Assembly (NCBI GenBank): GCA_951406725.2
Contig: OX597831.1
Location: 33,790,001-33,854,000 of the forward strand
Reading direction: 5' to 3'
Source: Octopus vulgaris
Taxonomy: Eukaryota
DNA: 64,000 nt
The position numbers and the translations under genes were made by a program. Below are positions 38,918 to 53,982 of this stretch, piece by piece. The notes under the pieces are model-generated. The model was not told the DNA's origin. It was given only the letters and a program-made list of their open reading frames with translations, and did no database searches. The first letter of the stretch is position 1. Each line of letters opens with the position of its first letter.

Positions 38918-40013
38918 GCAGCTGAGCGAACTGGTACAACGTAAAATAAAGTGTCTAGGGAGATTCATTCTCTTTTGGTGCCTTATAATTTAACACACTC
39001 ACCGGTAAAGTTTCCCTCATTTACTTATTTTTAGAAAACTTTCGTTGCGTCTTGCGAACTTTTCAATAGTCGTTGTCTCTGTCCGTTATCCGAGCAGCTC
39101 GTGCCTTCACAGTTGAAGTAATAGATCAAGAAATTTTGGTAAGAATGAGTACAGATTTATAAATTGCGATCCCCCGCCAGTACTTGTCTAACTCTTAAAA
39201 AAAAGCGGATACACGGAAAGCAAAAGTCGACTTTGCGTGTATTTCAACTCAGATCGTAAAGGGACATAAGTAAAAACTGTAAAATATATTCTCTTGTTTT
39301 TTTCCGGTGCCACCAATTCCCTTACAAAGAAGCTAATTGTTTCGAAGATAGGAATTCTTAAAGCGGAAGATTAAACAGTTCATAGTACTTCACTGGTGTC
39401 CTTTTTTAAGGACTCGATGTCCAAAGAACACGGTTGATCTCGACAAGATTTGAACTGGGGACGTACAAAGCCCTATAAAAACCGCAAGGCGTTTTGTCCG
39501 ACGCTTTTGACGATTCTGCCAATGCACCACCCTTAAATTGTCCCTAATTTTGATACACGACCAGCAATTTTGAAGGGAGACGGTTAATTTCATCGATCCT
39601 AGTACATGACTGCTACTTATTTTATCGACACCGACCTCGGTGGAATTTGAACCCAAAACGTAAAGACGGACGAAATGCCGTTAAACATTTTGACCGGTGT
39701 GCTAACGGTTCTGTCAACTCGCTGCCTTCAACAACAACAGCAAGAAGAAGAAGAGGATGAAGAAGAACAAGAACAAGAACAATAATAATGATAATAATGA
39801 TAATATTAATAGGAACAAATAGGGGCTGCAATAAGGGTGGAGCACTTGCAGAACCGCTCCAATACTCCGGATGGTGCTCGAAAAATAAGAGGTGTTACCT
39901 TAGTTCACTGGTAGTAAACAGCTGATGATGATGATGATGATGATGATAATAATAATAATAATAATAATAATATCAATAATAATAATAATAATATTATTAA
40001 TAATAATAATAAT

Positions 40014-40096
<83 letters not shown>

Positions 40097-40098
<2 letters not shown>

Positions 40099-40606
40099 TG
40101 CCAACATTATGGAATAACAACAGAAAAAAGATGGTATAGGCACACATCAGAAAAGGTCACAGAAAACGAGAAAGCAACCATACTCTGGGATATGCCGATA
40201 CACACAGATAGAGAAATTAAGGCCAACAGACCAGATATAGTTGTCAGAGACCATGAAGAAAAAAATGCTTTCTAATTGATGTATCAATACCGGCAGATGA
40301 CAACGTGTCTCTAAAAGAAATGGAGAAACTCTCAAAATACAAAGACCTGGAAATAGAGATAACTAGAATGTGGAACCTGAAAACAGAAAAAAAATATTCA
40401 GACAAATACATAACAAAAACACCAGGACTTACAAACACATATAACATACAGAAAATTGCACTACTAGGCACTGCACACATCCTACGCAGAACACTTTCCA
40501 TACAATAACCATCAGAGCATCACAACAAATCACAGCACATACCCAAGGCACACAGAGCTGTGCTCGGTAGTGAAATGAAAGCACGCTATAAAAATAAACT
40601 ACTGAA
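40097..40606 (+). mobile_element. R4/Dong-like LINE 3' fragment (restriction-like endonuclease) in (TAA)n
   Basis: ILWDMPIHTDREIKANRPDIVV..IDVSIP..EKLSKYKDL..QKIALLGTAHILRRTL; TAA repeats on both sides. Confidence 0.88.
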
Positions 40607-40629
40607 TAATAATGATAATAATAATAATA

Positions 40630-40688
<59 letters not shown>

Positions 40689-40696
40689 AGAAGAGC

Positions 40697-42680
40697 GCAA
40701 TGCCATTGCAATAGATATTTTATTGGTTGAACGATATTTCGACAGCAAGCGTGTCTTTGTCGAGTTCAAAGAAAAAAGGATAAAAATTCAAAATTATACA
40801 CATTCAAATCTAAAATATGAACGAGAGCAACTACCGTCCACACGCTGATGGAATGTCATCAGCAGCTTTTAAGTTTCAATTTTATAACAGTCGAAAAGAA
40901 AAAAGACAGAGAAAAGCGAGAAAAAAAAAAGGAAAGAAAAAAAAGAAAGGAAAAAGAAGAATATTCAGCTAAACAGTTTTGTGTAAAATTTGATGATGTT
41001 CTGTCATTTTATCCATTCCTCCGGGGTGTGACGTTAATAACCCGCAACCATATTTCTCCTCATGCATTTGAGTATTGAAAGGGAAGCAGATTCAAAATAT
41101 TTTCTGAGAATATGGCACTTTCAAGTCTTTTTTTCAAAATTGCAGCCGTTTGAAGCAAAGTGTTGGGTAAATTCTGTCGAACAAATGTTATTGGGCCTGA
41201 CGTGAAATCTGTGTCCATTAAATGTTTTGTTTAATCGTTCTGTTGTACAACCAGCATAAATCAAGTTGTGTTTCGTGCATTCTGCCGCGTTACACCAAAT
41301 GAGAATCTCTGTATGTCCCACCTTCTGTATAAATCATAACATTTCTGTTATGATTCCTGATGGAATTCACTTGACTCATGTTGTTGCGGCTGTCTTTCAA
41401 GGTACAGCGTGCAGATACTCCAATGTTAGTTTTCTTGGAGGTCAATAGATCTCTTACAATTTTATTCCGTTTAAAGGCTACAATAGGCGGTTGAGGAAAT
41501 ATCTGTTTGAAACGAAGATATTTTCCCGCAACATGCTGGTAACTTTCATGCAACACTTTTGAAATACCAGCGAAATTTCGGTGCCAGTTAATCACTAAAG
41601 GAATTCTGTCACATATTGCATTGTGTTTGCTAAAATTATGCGTGAAGATTTGACTTTCTTTGCTAATCTTAGGTGTGTCACAATAACTGCGTTTGCACGT
41701 TTCTAGTAATCCCCTATGGCAGTACAAATCCGTTTTATCCTCAAAAATTGAGATTTCGGATTTGGACCGAGTTATATGATGTGGATGATCGGAGCGGCGG
41801 TGGAGGTAAATGTGGAGTGACGTGGGTTTGCAAAATAACTCTGTCACTATTCTGCCTCCAGAAAAATTTAACTTTTGTGTCCAAAAATTCAACGCTAGTT
41901 TTTGAAAAACTAGACGTAAATTTTATGTTGGATTTAAAGCCACAAGTTTTAGCATAACATTCACTGAAATGCAAGAAGTCAATTAAACTATCCTTCCCAA
42001 ACAAAAAAGACGTCATCAATGAACCGTAACCAGAGTATTGGTCCATGACCATCTAAGGATTTGAATGTTTTCAGTAACTGAAGACATTCCAGTGTCTGGA
42101 ATTTCGTCATGAAGACATTAGCGAAATTAATTGCCACGGGGTTACCCATGAGGCAAACTCTACGTCTGGTAAAACTCTTGTCCAAATGTCATTGCGTTAC
42201 TTTGTAACACAAACTTCAATAACCTACAGAAAGAATTTGATGGAATACTTTTGTTTGACCACTATTCGAAGGCATATATGCATGCTTCTACCATTTCATC
42301 GTTATCAGTATTGGGATATAAGGAAAAAACATCCATGGTTACCAAAAAACAGTTTCGATATGGCTTCGGTGCTTAAGACAGTTGCTGATTTTAGACACAA
42401 AATCAAATGTATCCCGAATATAGGAACTTGATCTTTTTGCAACAGGGAGTAGAAAACCATCTAGCTATTCCGAAATCTTGACTGGAGAACATTCACATCC
42501 TCAGCAAATTGGGCACATTAAAGGAAATCCTTCGAAAATTTGTGTATTTTAAGGAGACCATAAAATGCAGGAGGTCTTTCTGACCGTAAAATCCTGGATT
42601 CGTCCTTACTAATGAAATTGTATTCCTCCATTTCCAGAAATATTTTGTCAAGTTCCTGTCTGTAATTGGGGTTTGGATCG
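40697..42680 (-). mobile_element. Penelope-like element, decayed RT plus GIY-YIG endonuclease
   Basis: PAFYGLLKIHK; MGNPVAINFANVFM; WLRFIDDVFFVW; LFCKPT..YLHRRSDHP; NLIYAGCTTERLNKTFNGHR. Confidence 0.9.
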
Positions 42681-42689
42681 ACAGGTAAT

Positions 42690-43500
42690 TCTTCATCCCA
42701 CGTCATCCCACATTTACCTCCACCGTCGCGCCGATCATCCACATCATATAATTCGGTCAAATCCGAAATCTCAATTTTTGAGGATAAAACGGATTTGTAC
42801 TGACATAGGGGATTACTGGAAACGTGCAAATGCTTTTGTATATCATTATGTCAAACACAGTTACGGTGAATCACGATTAAAGGAAATAGCAAATGACACA
42901 GCTAAGATTAGCAAAGGAAGTCAAACACAATGCAATGTGTGACAGAATTCCTTTAGTGATTAACTGGCATGGAAACTTCGCTGGTATTTCAAAAGTGTTG
43001 CATGAAAGTTACCTGCATATTGCGGGAAAAAATCCTCATTTCAAACAGATATTCTCAGAAAATATTCTGAATCTGTTTCCCTTTCAGTTCTCAAATGTAT
43101 GAAGAGAAATGTTTGCCGGTTATTAACATCAAACCCTGGAGCAATGAATAAAATGACAGGAGAATATCATCAAATTTACACAAAACTGTTTGATTGAATA
43201 TTCTTCTTTTTCCTTTCCTTTTTTCTTTCCTTTTCTTCTCGCTTTTTTCCTGATCATTTCTGTTCCTGTCTTTTTTCTTTTCGCCTTTTATAAAATTGAA
43301 ACTTAAAAAACTGATGATGTCATTCCATCAATGTACGGAGGCTACTTGCTCTCGTTCATATTTTAGATTTGAATTTGTATAATTTTGAAATTTTTATTAC
43401 TTTTTTCTTTGAACTCGACAAAAACAGGCTTGCTGTCGAAATATCGTTCAGGCATTAAAATATCTATTGCAGCCGCATCGCGCTTTTCGTCTTGTTTGTT
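42690..43500 (+). mobile_element. Inverted partial second arm of the same Penelope-like element
   Basis: YLHRRADHPHH and IPLVINWH repeat 41520-41830 inverted; 43040-43490 mirrors 40697-41110. Confidence 0.88.
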
Positions 43501-43534
43501 TACCTTTGTAAAGAGTTACGTCAATCCTTTTAGA

Positions 43535-43599
<65 letters not shown>

Positions 43600-43601
<2 letters not shown>

Positions 43602-43815
43602 CCTTTCTACTATAGGCACAAGGCCTGACATTTTGGGGTCTGGGAATAGTCCGTTACATCGACCCCAGTGTTTCATTGGTACTTAATTTATCGACTCCGA
43701 AAGGATGAAAGGCAAAGTCGACATTGGCGGAATTTGAATTCATAACGTAACCACAGACGAAATACCGCTAAGCATTTTTCTCGGTGTGCTAACGCTTCTG
43801 CCAGCTGGCCGCCTT
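43600..43815 (-). mobile_element. SINE family B in (TAA)n
   Basis: ggatgaaaggcaaagtcgac core; head at ~43812. Confidence 0.85.
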
Positions 43816-43828
43816 AATAATAATAATG

Positions 43829-43888
<60 letters not shown>

Positions 43889-43898
43889 TCATATTCAC

Positions 43899-43975
43899 AC
43901 AAATGTGATCGTTCGGGGGCATTAAAAAATCCATTAGACAACAGTGAGGATTTTTACAGAGTAAGGAATATAGGC
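43899..43975 (-). CDS. Predicted internal exon (LYSLLCKNPHCCLMDFLMPPNDHIC)
   Basis: Acceptor tttctactttcag, donor TGT|GTGAAT, 77 nt, phase 1-0; joins 32093 as HIC-DCKTRHR. Confidence 0.55.
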
Positions 43976-44654
43976 CTGAAAGTAGAAACCCGCCGCCAAA
44001 TATTAATATAAAGAATGGAAAAAGCCTCGGGAGATATTGATAATGAAAATAACTAATCAAAGAATTTATCTTACGGCTCCAAACACATGTGATAGATTTG
44101 TTTTAATGGAAAACGGCAAATTTACAATAAAAAAAAAGAAGATACAGAATACAGAGTAGGAAATGTGTTAATTGATGATCGATTATTTCTCAGAGACCTT
44201 AAAGAGTTTCAGACAATGGAACTGGTTACAACCTCAAATCGAGATTAAGTGACCTTATTGCTTGTTTACGAAATTATCTTTTGTTCTATGCACTCCACAT
44301 CGCAAATCTCTTTTCCAGGCCACTGACATTTTTCATACCCAGAGCATTAACCCAATTATAATGATTATAATTAATAAATTAATGAAATATGAGGTTTTAA
44401 CAACGACACACATACTTCGCCCACTCACACGCACAAACGGACATAATAAATAAATATTCCTTTTATTCAAAGAAACGGACGTGAAATGTTGGAAAATTTT
44501 AAAACTTGACTTCTAGTATGACGCAGTATACTTCTAGTATGACGTCTATGAACGAGTCAGGAAGATTAGTGCTTATAATAGCTCGATGTCTGCTTGTAAA
44601 CAACAAATAAAAATAAAGTCAAATAAAAACAAGACAAAAAAAAACGGTATTTTC

Positions 44655-45410
44655 GTGCACTGTCGATACAACGTACATAGATCCTTGGTTTTACCACCTG
44701 TATTCCATGCAAAGTAGATTAATACCATATCAATGCTGTCTTTTGTCGTGATTGTCGCTTCAAGTGGAATGCGGAGTAAGTACTCATCATTTGGCTGATC
44801 CTCATTCACTACGGCATACTAAGTAGGTCAGCCGAGTACACTTAGGAATGTCAGAAATGTCATCTGAATGGCAAATTTAAATGTATCGATGATATCATTT
44901 CAGCAACAGCTTTTATCCAAGCGTTCTCCATCTTGTTTAGTCATCATCGTATGGTGCTGTTGGCGACAGAAGCCGTTGATGGCATCGCTGCTTCGATTTC
45001 ATTATGTCTCACCTAAAAGTTTAGCTGCTGTCATGATGTTTTCCTTTGCAACAATATGAAGCTTCTATATCGCTACGAAATATGCAATATCGTAAAAACA
45101 CGGAAAATCCAGGCGCTTCGGAGACAACAAAACATCTAACTGAACCTTATCTTTAAGCTCTGAGAGAGAGAGTTCCACTCTATGAAATTCTTCTAAATCT
45201 GAGCTGTTCCTCTAATTCATATAAGGAACATTTCGGAGACTGTCATACAGTTTCTTTCGAACCATGCTCTCATTTGATGAAATTTTCCCATACACTGCAT
45301 ATTATGACCGCTGCACACCTTCCCTCTTTGTAGTCGTCATCGAAGCCACATAGTAGATAAGTCTTCAGCTATCATAGGTCACATGATACGGTTATCACAT
45401 TTTTAGATGC
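44655..45410 (-). pseudogene. Highly decayed hAT Charlie/Buster-type transposase
   Basis: Fragments YLLCGF..REGVQR..SNESM, EASY, KFAIQ..DISDI, VNEDQPNDEYLLRIPLEATITTKDSIDMV in the expected order. Confidence 0.7.
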
Positions 45411-45801
45411 TATCTTACATTGCGGCTGAAGTGTTTGGTGATACTAACTAGACGTGTGTATATATATAGAGAGAGGTACAGGTGTCGATTCATTATGAAT
45501 TGACACCTGTACATCTTTGTTACTCATTTATATTCTATTCACTCCTGCACAGAGTTTTGATTTTCAATATTCCATTAATATTCTTTCGAGTGTGGATTAA
45601 ACTGACCTAGCAAGGTGCCTCAATTTAAGTACCTACTTCAATGGAATCTTAATTATACATACATACATATATATATATGCATATATATACATGCATATAT
45701 ATACATATACATATATATATGTATATGTATATATATGTATATATATATATGTGTGTCTATATATATATATATATATATCTGCATATATATATACACACAT
45801 A

Positions 45802-45848
<47 letters not shown>

Positions 45849-45879
45849 GTATATTTATATATGTATGTGTATATGTATG

Positions 45880-45910
<31 letters not shown>

Positions 45911-46022
45911 TTTTAATCAGTTTCAGCTCAAAGCTGTGGCTATGATGGGGCACCGCCGTTTTGGTACACGGTTATGATTGAGAACCTCCTCTGATTCGTG
46001 GCATTTGGTGAATAAGGGAGTT

Positions 46023-46375
46023 TCATGCCACTGCCCACATTTGCATCTCCTGCCGCGAGGTTGGCTCATATGGGACTCTTGACAAAAAGAGATCCAGTTT
46101 TGACCTGAAAGCTGCTATACCCACTTTGTGTAGGTCCCTCAGGCTATCTGGAAGAATATTAAAAGGCTGTGGGTCCCTGAAACCCAGGCTTTTGTAGTAA
46201 CTGGTCCTGAAGCGAGATGGTATTGCTTGGATCTTTGGCAATGTGCAGTGCTGATCTGTTCTGGCATTGGTGTAGCTTTCAATGCCAAAATTTGGCACAA
46301 TCCTTACGGGATCTTCCAGATGTATATTACCTCATATCTCTCCCGCCTTCACTCCAAGGAGTAGAGTCTTAGCTA
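46023..46375 (-). mobile_element. CR1/L2-group LINE 3' fragment
   Basis: LRLYSLE*RRERYEVIYIWKI..VPNFGI..FNILPDSLRDL..FRSKLDLFL. Confidence 0.8.
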
Positions 46376-46811
46376 CGTCGCCCCTAGAAAGACTAAATCC
46401 TCCTTTCAACTACAATAGTGCCTCTAGATAATTGTTATGGAAAGTGTGTACATAAATAATTACTACATAGTAGACACATATTAACAATTCAAAAACGAAG
46501 ACAGTTAATTTCACTTAAAGGATTTATTCATTTATTTATTGGTGTGAACATTTTCGTCGCACCACCTGCAATCTTGTGACGAATGACAAAAAATCTATTA
46601 CCAAATGATTCTTTTTTTTTTTTAAGCACAAACCAGCAGAGAGATAGGGGCTAGTCGATTACATTGGACCCAGTACCTTTACTTGACTGGTACTTGTTAT
46701 ACTGATCCCTGAATGATGAAAGGCAAAATCGATTTTGGGGGAATTTGCACCGGAAGAACTACAGCTTAGACAAGTTCTCCAAACTTCTAGTAATTTTGCC
46801 AGCTCTCCGCC

Positions 46812-47354
46812 TTACTCTCTTTTACTTGTTTCAGTCATTTGACTGCGGCCATGCTGGAGCGCAGCCTTCAGTCGAGCAAATCGACACCAGGATTTATTGT
46901 TTGTAAGCCTAATACTTATTCTATCGGTCTCTTTTGCCGAACCGCTAAGTTACGGGGACGTAAACACACAAGCATCGGTTGTCAAGCGATGCTTGGGGAA
47001 CAAACACAGACACACAAGCATATACACACATATATACACGTATATATCACCGTGATCATCGCGACCAATGAGGCTATCAGATGTTGCTACACATCGCTGG
47101 TCATAATGCGCTTCGCATTGTTTTAACCTTCAAATGACGCCATCCCGCTGGCTAAGTGAGCAGGCCAACAGAAGAAAGAGTGAGAGAAAGTTGTGGCGAA
47201 AGAGTACAGCAGGGATCGCCACCACCCCCTGCAGGAGCCTCGTGGAGCTTTAGGTGTTTTCGCTCAATAAACACTCACAACACCCGGTCTGGGAATCGAA
47301 ACCGCGATCCTACGACCGCGAGTCCGCTGCCCTAACCACTGGGCCATTGCGCCT

Positions 47355-47392
<38 letters not shown>

Positions 47393-47398
47393 ACACAA

Positions 47399-47430
<32 letters not shown>

Positions 47431-47603
47431 GCATGTATACGGCGGGCTTCTTTCAGTTTCCGTCAACCAAATCCCCTCACAAGGCTTTGATCGGCCCGAG
47501 ACTATAGTAGAAGACACTTGCCGAAGGTGCCACGTAGTGGGACTGAACCCAGAACCATGTGGTTGGTAAGCAAGCTACTTACCACACAGCCACTCCTGCG
47601 CCT
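46812..47603 (-). mobile_element. SINE family A with a nested family C SINE (~47046-47357) in its internal microsatellite
   Basis: Family A tail 46812-47045 and head 47435-47603 separated by a family C copy. Confidence 0.88.
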
Positions 47604-48244
47604 TATTTAATTACAATTAATAATCTTTAGGTGTTTTTTTTATGACTACTATGTGCCTTCCATGTAAGGTGGCGAGCTGGCAGGATCGTTGGCACGCCGG
47701 GCAAAATGCTTAGTGGCATTTCGTGTCTTTACATTCAGCGATCAAATTCCGTTGAAGTCGACTTTACCATTCATCCTTTCGAAGTTAGTAAAATAAGTAG
47801 CGGGTGAGTGTTGGGGTTGATGTAATCGACTTACCCTCTCCCTCGGTATGCTGCCTTGGAGTCAAAATTTGAAAGCAGTGCGAATTATCTACAGTCTAGT
47901 CGGTTTAGTTTCAACACAAGGTCTCAAACCAAATTGATACTTGCCTGGCAATTACGCTTCAGAAATTACACTTCATTAATGCATTTTACCATTAAATTTT
48001 AAAATGTAAAATTTATAAAATTTTTCAGGAATAGATAAAAAAAAAAAAGAGAAACAACATTGGATATTAGAAAATTTTCGATTGATCTTTCCTAACCCAG
48101 TAAATTTTGGATTTTCGAATATCAAAATCACATTTTGCTTTATGTAAAACTGCGAAGGTAATGGGTCATAGACTAGTAATATGTATGTAGTTAAAATGTA
48201 ATGCACACTATTACACTGAAATACATATTGTGATACCATATATG

Positions 48245-48296
<52 letters not shown>

Positions 48297-48300
48297 CATG

Positions 48301-48381
<81 letters not shown>

Positions 48382-48407
48382 ATATATATATATGTATATA
48401 TATATAC

Positions 48408-48451
<44 letters not shown>

Positions 48452-48576
48452 TTATATGTATAATTTCTGTCTTTTTCTTTATGAGTAATAAATAGTAATT
48501 TTACTTTCAATTAATAATAATGTACTTCATAATGATAGTTTCAAATGTATTGCGCTCGTTATTTAACATGAAAAAC

Positions 48577-49099
48577 AATGGCCTAGTGGTTAGGGAAGCG
48601 GACTCGCGATCATGGGTGCGCGGTTTCCATTCCCAGACCGGGCGTTGTGAGTGTTTATTGAGCGAAAACACCTAAAGCTCCACGAAGCTCCAACAGTGGG
48701 TGCTGGCGAACCCTGCTGTACTCTTTCACCACATCTTTCTCTTCCTGTTTCTCTTGTGCCTGTAATTCAAAGGGCCTATGTCACGCTGAATCTCCCCGAG
48801 AACTACGTTAAGGGGACACATGTCTGTGGAGTGCTCAGCCACTTGCATGTTAATTTCACGAGCAGGCTGTTCTGTTGATCAGATCAACTGGAACCCTCGT
48901 CGTCGTAAGGTTAGCACGTTGGACGAAATGCTTAGCAGTATTTCGCCCGTCGCTAAATTCCGAGTCCAAATTCCGCGGAGGTCGACTTTTCCTTTCATCC
49001 TTTCGGGGTCGATAAATTATGTGCCAGTGAAACTTTGGGGTCGATGCAATCGACTTAATCCCTTACCCCACGCTGCCCTTGTGGCAAAAATTTGAAATC

Positions 49100-49100
<1 letters not shown>
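48577..49100 (+). mobile_element. SINE family C (~48577-48905) followed by SINE family B (~48908-49100)
   Basis: tRNA-like head tggcctagtggttagg..ggtttccattccc; then ctttcatcctttcggggtcgataaa. Confidence 0.8.
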
Positions 49101-50098
<998 letters not shown>

Positions 50099-50099
50099 A

Positions 50100-50240
<141 letters not shown>

Positions 50241-50307
50241 ACTATTATTATTATTACTACTACTACTACTATTATTATTATCATTATTATCATCATCATC
50301 ATCATCA

Positions 50308-50398
<91 letters not shown>

Positions 50399-50436
50399 TA
50401 TTATTATTATTATTATCATTATTATCATCATCATCA

Positions 50437-50513
<77 letters not shown>

Positions 50514-51051
50514 GAGTGAGAGAGCAGTGCATGCCATCAAAGTGACACTGGGGTAGAATATACGAAGCCCAGTATAACCATCATGATTACCTGTCTGATA
50601 AGGGTACACTAGGCACATGCATCACAACTGTATGTGCGCGACATGGTAATCTCATATCAAGATAAACAGCGCATGACCTTGCAGGTGGGACCTAGTTAGA
50701 ATTTTCTTCTGGTCGAGTAGCCCATCCTGCTAAAAAGGTCCCTGAATAAGGATTATTTAAGGATGTTAAACGAACCACCCATGTTTCCAAACATGAATTA
50801 TCCAAATCTCTAAGAATTCCTTTCAACACACGGCTACGATGCTCCCCCACTACTGTTCATGATCAGAGATGCACATATCGTCAGCCACTAAGAGACATGG
50901 TCAACTGGTTACGGTCAAACAACTGATAACTGGCAGAATATTTACTGTAGCCCATCTTTTATACCAAGACAAAACAATGTACATGATAACACTTCCAATC
51001 AGTTAAGATCAGAAGCCATGAGAGCAACTGTCTGGTACTGTATCAGGGCAG
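50514..51051. mobile_element. ~540-bp non-coding interspersed repeat in trinucleotide arrays, copy 1
   Basis: Same ends and body as 53983-54480. Confidence 0.8.
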
Positions 51052-51164
51052 TCTTCTTCTTCTTCTTCTTCTTCTTCTTCTTCTTCTTCTTCTTCTTCTT
51101 CTTCTTCTTCTTCTTCTTCTTCTTCTTCTTCTTCTTCTTCTTCTTCTTCTTCTTCTTCTTCTCC

Positions 51165-51237
<73 letters not shown>

Positions 51238-51238
51238 G

Positions 51239-51319
<81 letters not shown>

Positions 51320-51779
51320 ATAGCGAACTAGCTGCGCCGTTAGCACACCAGACACAATATTTAGTGCTATTTCACCTGCCTTTACGTTCTAAGTTCAAAT
51401 TGCGCCGAAGTCGGCTTTATCTTTCATCTTTTCGGAGTCGATAAAATAACAGATGGACGCTGGTCTCAATCCACTCGATCTACCTCTCCTCCAAAACTGC
51501 TGGCTTGTGCCAAAATTTGAAATGAAATTATGTTAATGTGTTTTACTTCTTTCAGTTTTGTTTCTATTTCTTGTTGACAATCTTCCTGACAATATGGGCA
51601 AAGAAACTTACTGTTTACATTGGTCGGCCATTAAAATAATCACTAGATTTTTCATTTACAAAATCAAATGAAATAACGTGAAAAAAGTCACATGTGTGGT
51701 AATCGTTCTCACAGCAACAATTCTCTTTTCAACGTGTGTAACGTACCAGTTAAACAATCTTTTGCACTTCTTGCATGGA

Positions 51780-53190
51780 TGGTAAATCAGGGATCGTTCT
51801 CAAATAAATTTCATTTCCTTTTTTGATCATTCCAAGTGCTCCTACGATATTTGGAACCACCTTCAGGTGCCACATTTTTCGATTTCAATGAGCAAATCGA
51901 TATTTTTTGCGCTTATTGAATTCTTTTGCCTAAATATTATGATCACAAGGAATACTCATGTCGATCAATAAACGGATTTTATTATTGCTTTGATCTTTTA
52001 CAATAATATCCGGATTATTAGCTTTGATGGTCCCAAAGAATCGTTACGTTTTCTCCATCAGTTTTAGCCTCAGAGTAGCGTTTATTCCATTTGTCAATAG
52101 TTTTGATTTTATAATGCCAACATATTAACCATTGTAGATATTGGCCAACTCTTTCATGTCCTGATTTATACTCAACCGATACTTCCATAGATTACATGAT
52201 CCACAGTTCCAATCACATCATTGCAGGATCTGCACTTTAGATCTATTCTATTTTCCATCACACTGGCTTGGTAGTTCTGGATCAATAGGTTTGGTTCTTC
52301 AGCAGCTAAGATGAAGCTTTCGCTCTCTGTCTATCCTAGAGCTCCGTAGCCACTGATGGGGGTGCTTCTGATCAACATCAGCTTGTTTATTTCGTGTCAC
52401 TTACCATGCAGAGGTTTCTACTCCCACCTAACAACTAATTGTTCCTGCAATTTTCTCCTTGACATTAATTTCACCTTTGCTTTCCATACTTCCCCCAGGC
52501 TCTTCAGCTTGGGTATCATACGTGATTTTTCAACGCGTTTTGGAATTCAGTCATTAGTTGTCTCAAGATATTTGGCCAGTCCAATTGTTTTGATTTTGTA
52601 AGAGATTTCAAATTAGATCAAGCCTCGACCTCCTTGGGTTCTGGGAAGCTAAAAACAATCCATGTCTGCCTTTGGGTGGGGCATCTTATCACATGCCAAC
52701 AGCTTACGTATTTTTCTGTCAATTTTCTTATTTCACCGATATCCCCCTTCGACATATTGGAGCTATAAATAACTGGACCTGCTTGGAATTTATGGCTAAC
52801 ACAACATTATATGCCTTTAGCTCAGATTTCAGGACTACTCGAATTCTCCTATAACATTCCTTCCTGTTCTTATTTCATGCTTGCACGCTGAATGACAGAA
52901 CATTAATTTATTCCTAGGTATTTTTAAGTAAGTTCTTTTAAAACTGTCTAAACGTCTAACACGACTGAATTTGAGGTCTTCAGTTTCTAGGCCTTCAAGC
53001 TCATCCATTGTCTTTGCCGTAGAGTTTTAAGCCCATATCCTGTTCTGTTCAGTTCAATTATAAGGGGTATTCAAGCAATGCAAAAATTTACATCTTGGAA
53101 AATGCCACTGCTGATGCTAATTTTATTTAATTCTAGTACTTCATTAGAATGATATAATCGGAGATTCGTATTCTACAATCACATTATGAT
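51780..53190 (-). pseudogene. Highly decayed R4/Dong-like RT-CCHC-RLE fragment
   Basis: PRTQGGRGL; ESFILAAEEPNLLIQNY..KCRSCNDVIGTVDHV; NNPDII. Confidence 0.7.
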
Positions 53191-53229
53191 TCAGGAAGTT
53201 TCATAATATTATTATTATTATTATTATTA

Positions 53230-53317
<88 letters not shown>

Positions 53318-53321
<4 letters not shown>

Positions 53322-53805
53322 TAGTTTTATTTTTATACCGTGCTTTCACTTCACTACCGAGCACAGCTCTGTGTGCCTTGGGTATGTGCTGTGATTTGTT
53401 GTGATGCTCTGATGGTTATTGTATGGAAAGTGTTCTGCGTAGGATGTGTGCAGTGCCTAGTAGTGCAATTTTCTGTATGTTATATGTGTTTGTAAGTCCT
53501 GGTGCTTTTGTTATGTATTTGTCTGAATATTTTTTTATCATGCCTAATGCACCTACTATGATAGGAATTGTTTCTGTTTTCAGATTCCACATTCTAGTTA
53601 CCTCTATTTCCAGGTCTTTGTATTTTGAGAGTTTCTCCATTTCTTTTAGAGACACGTTGTCATCAGCCGGTATTGATACATCAATTAGAAAGCATTTTTT
53701 TCTTCATGATCTCTGACAACTATATCTGGTCTGTTGGCCTTAATTTCTCTATCTGTGTGTATCGGCATATCCCAGAGTATGGTTGCTTTCTCGTTTTCTG
53801 TGACC

Positions 53806-53808
<3 letters not shown>
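53318..53808 (-). mobile_element. R4/Dong-like LINE 3' fragment in (TAA)n, same family as 40097-40606
   Basis: Near-identical RLE translation including IPIIVGALG. Confidence 0.88.
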
Positions 53809-53877
<69 letters not shown>

Positions 53878-53932
53878 GTCCCCTCTGTGTTTAGTCTCAC
53901 GTGGGCAATAAATAAATAAATTTAAAAAGAAA

Positions 53933-53982
<50 letters not shown>

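Noticed and set aside
50980-51051. HDV-like ribozyme at the end of the 540-bp element
   Set aside because: Could not build the nested double pseudoknot by eye
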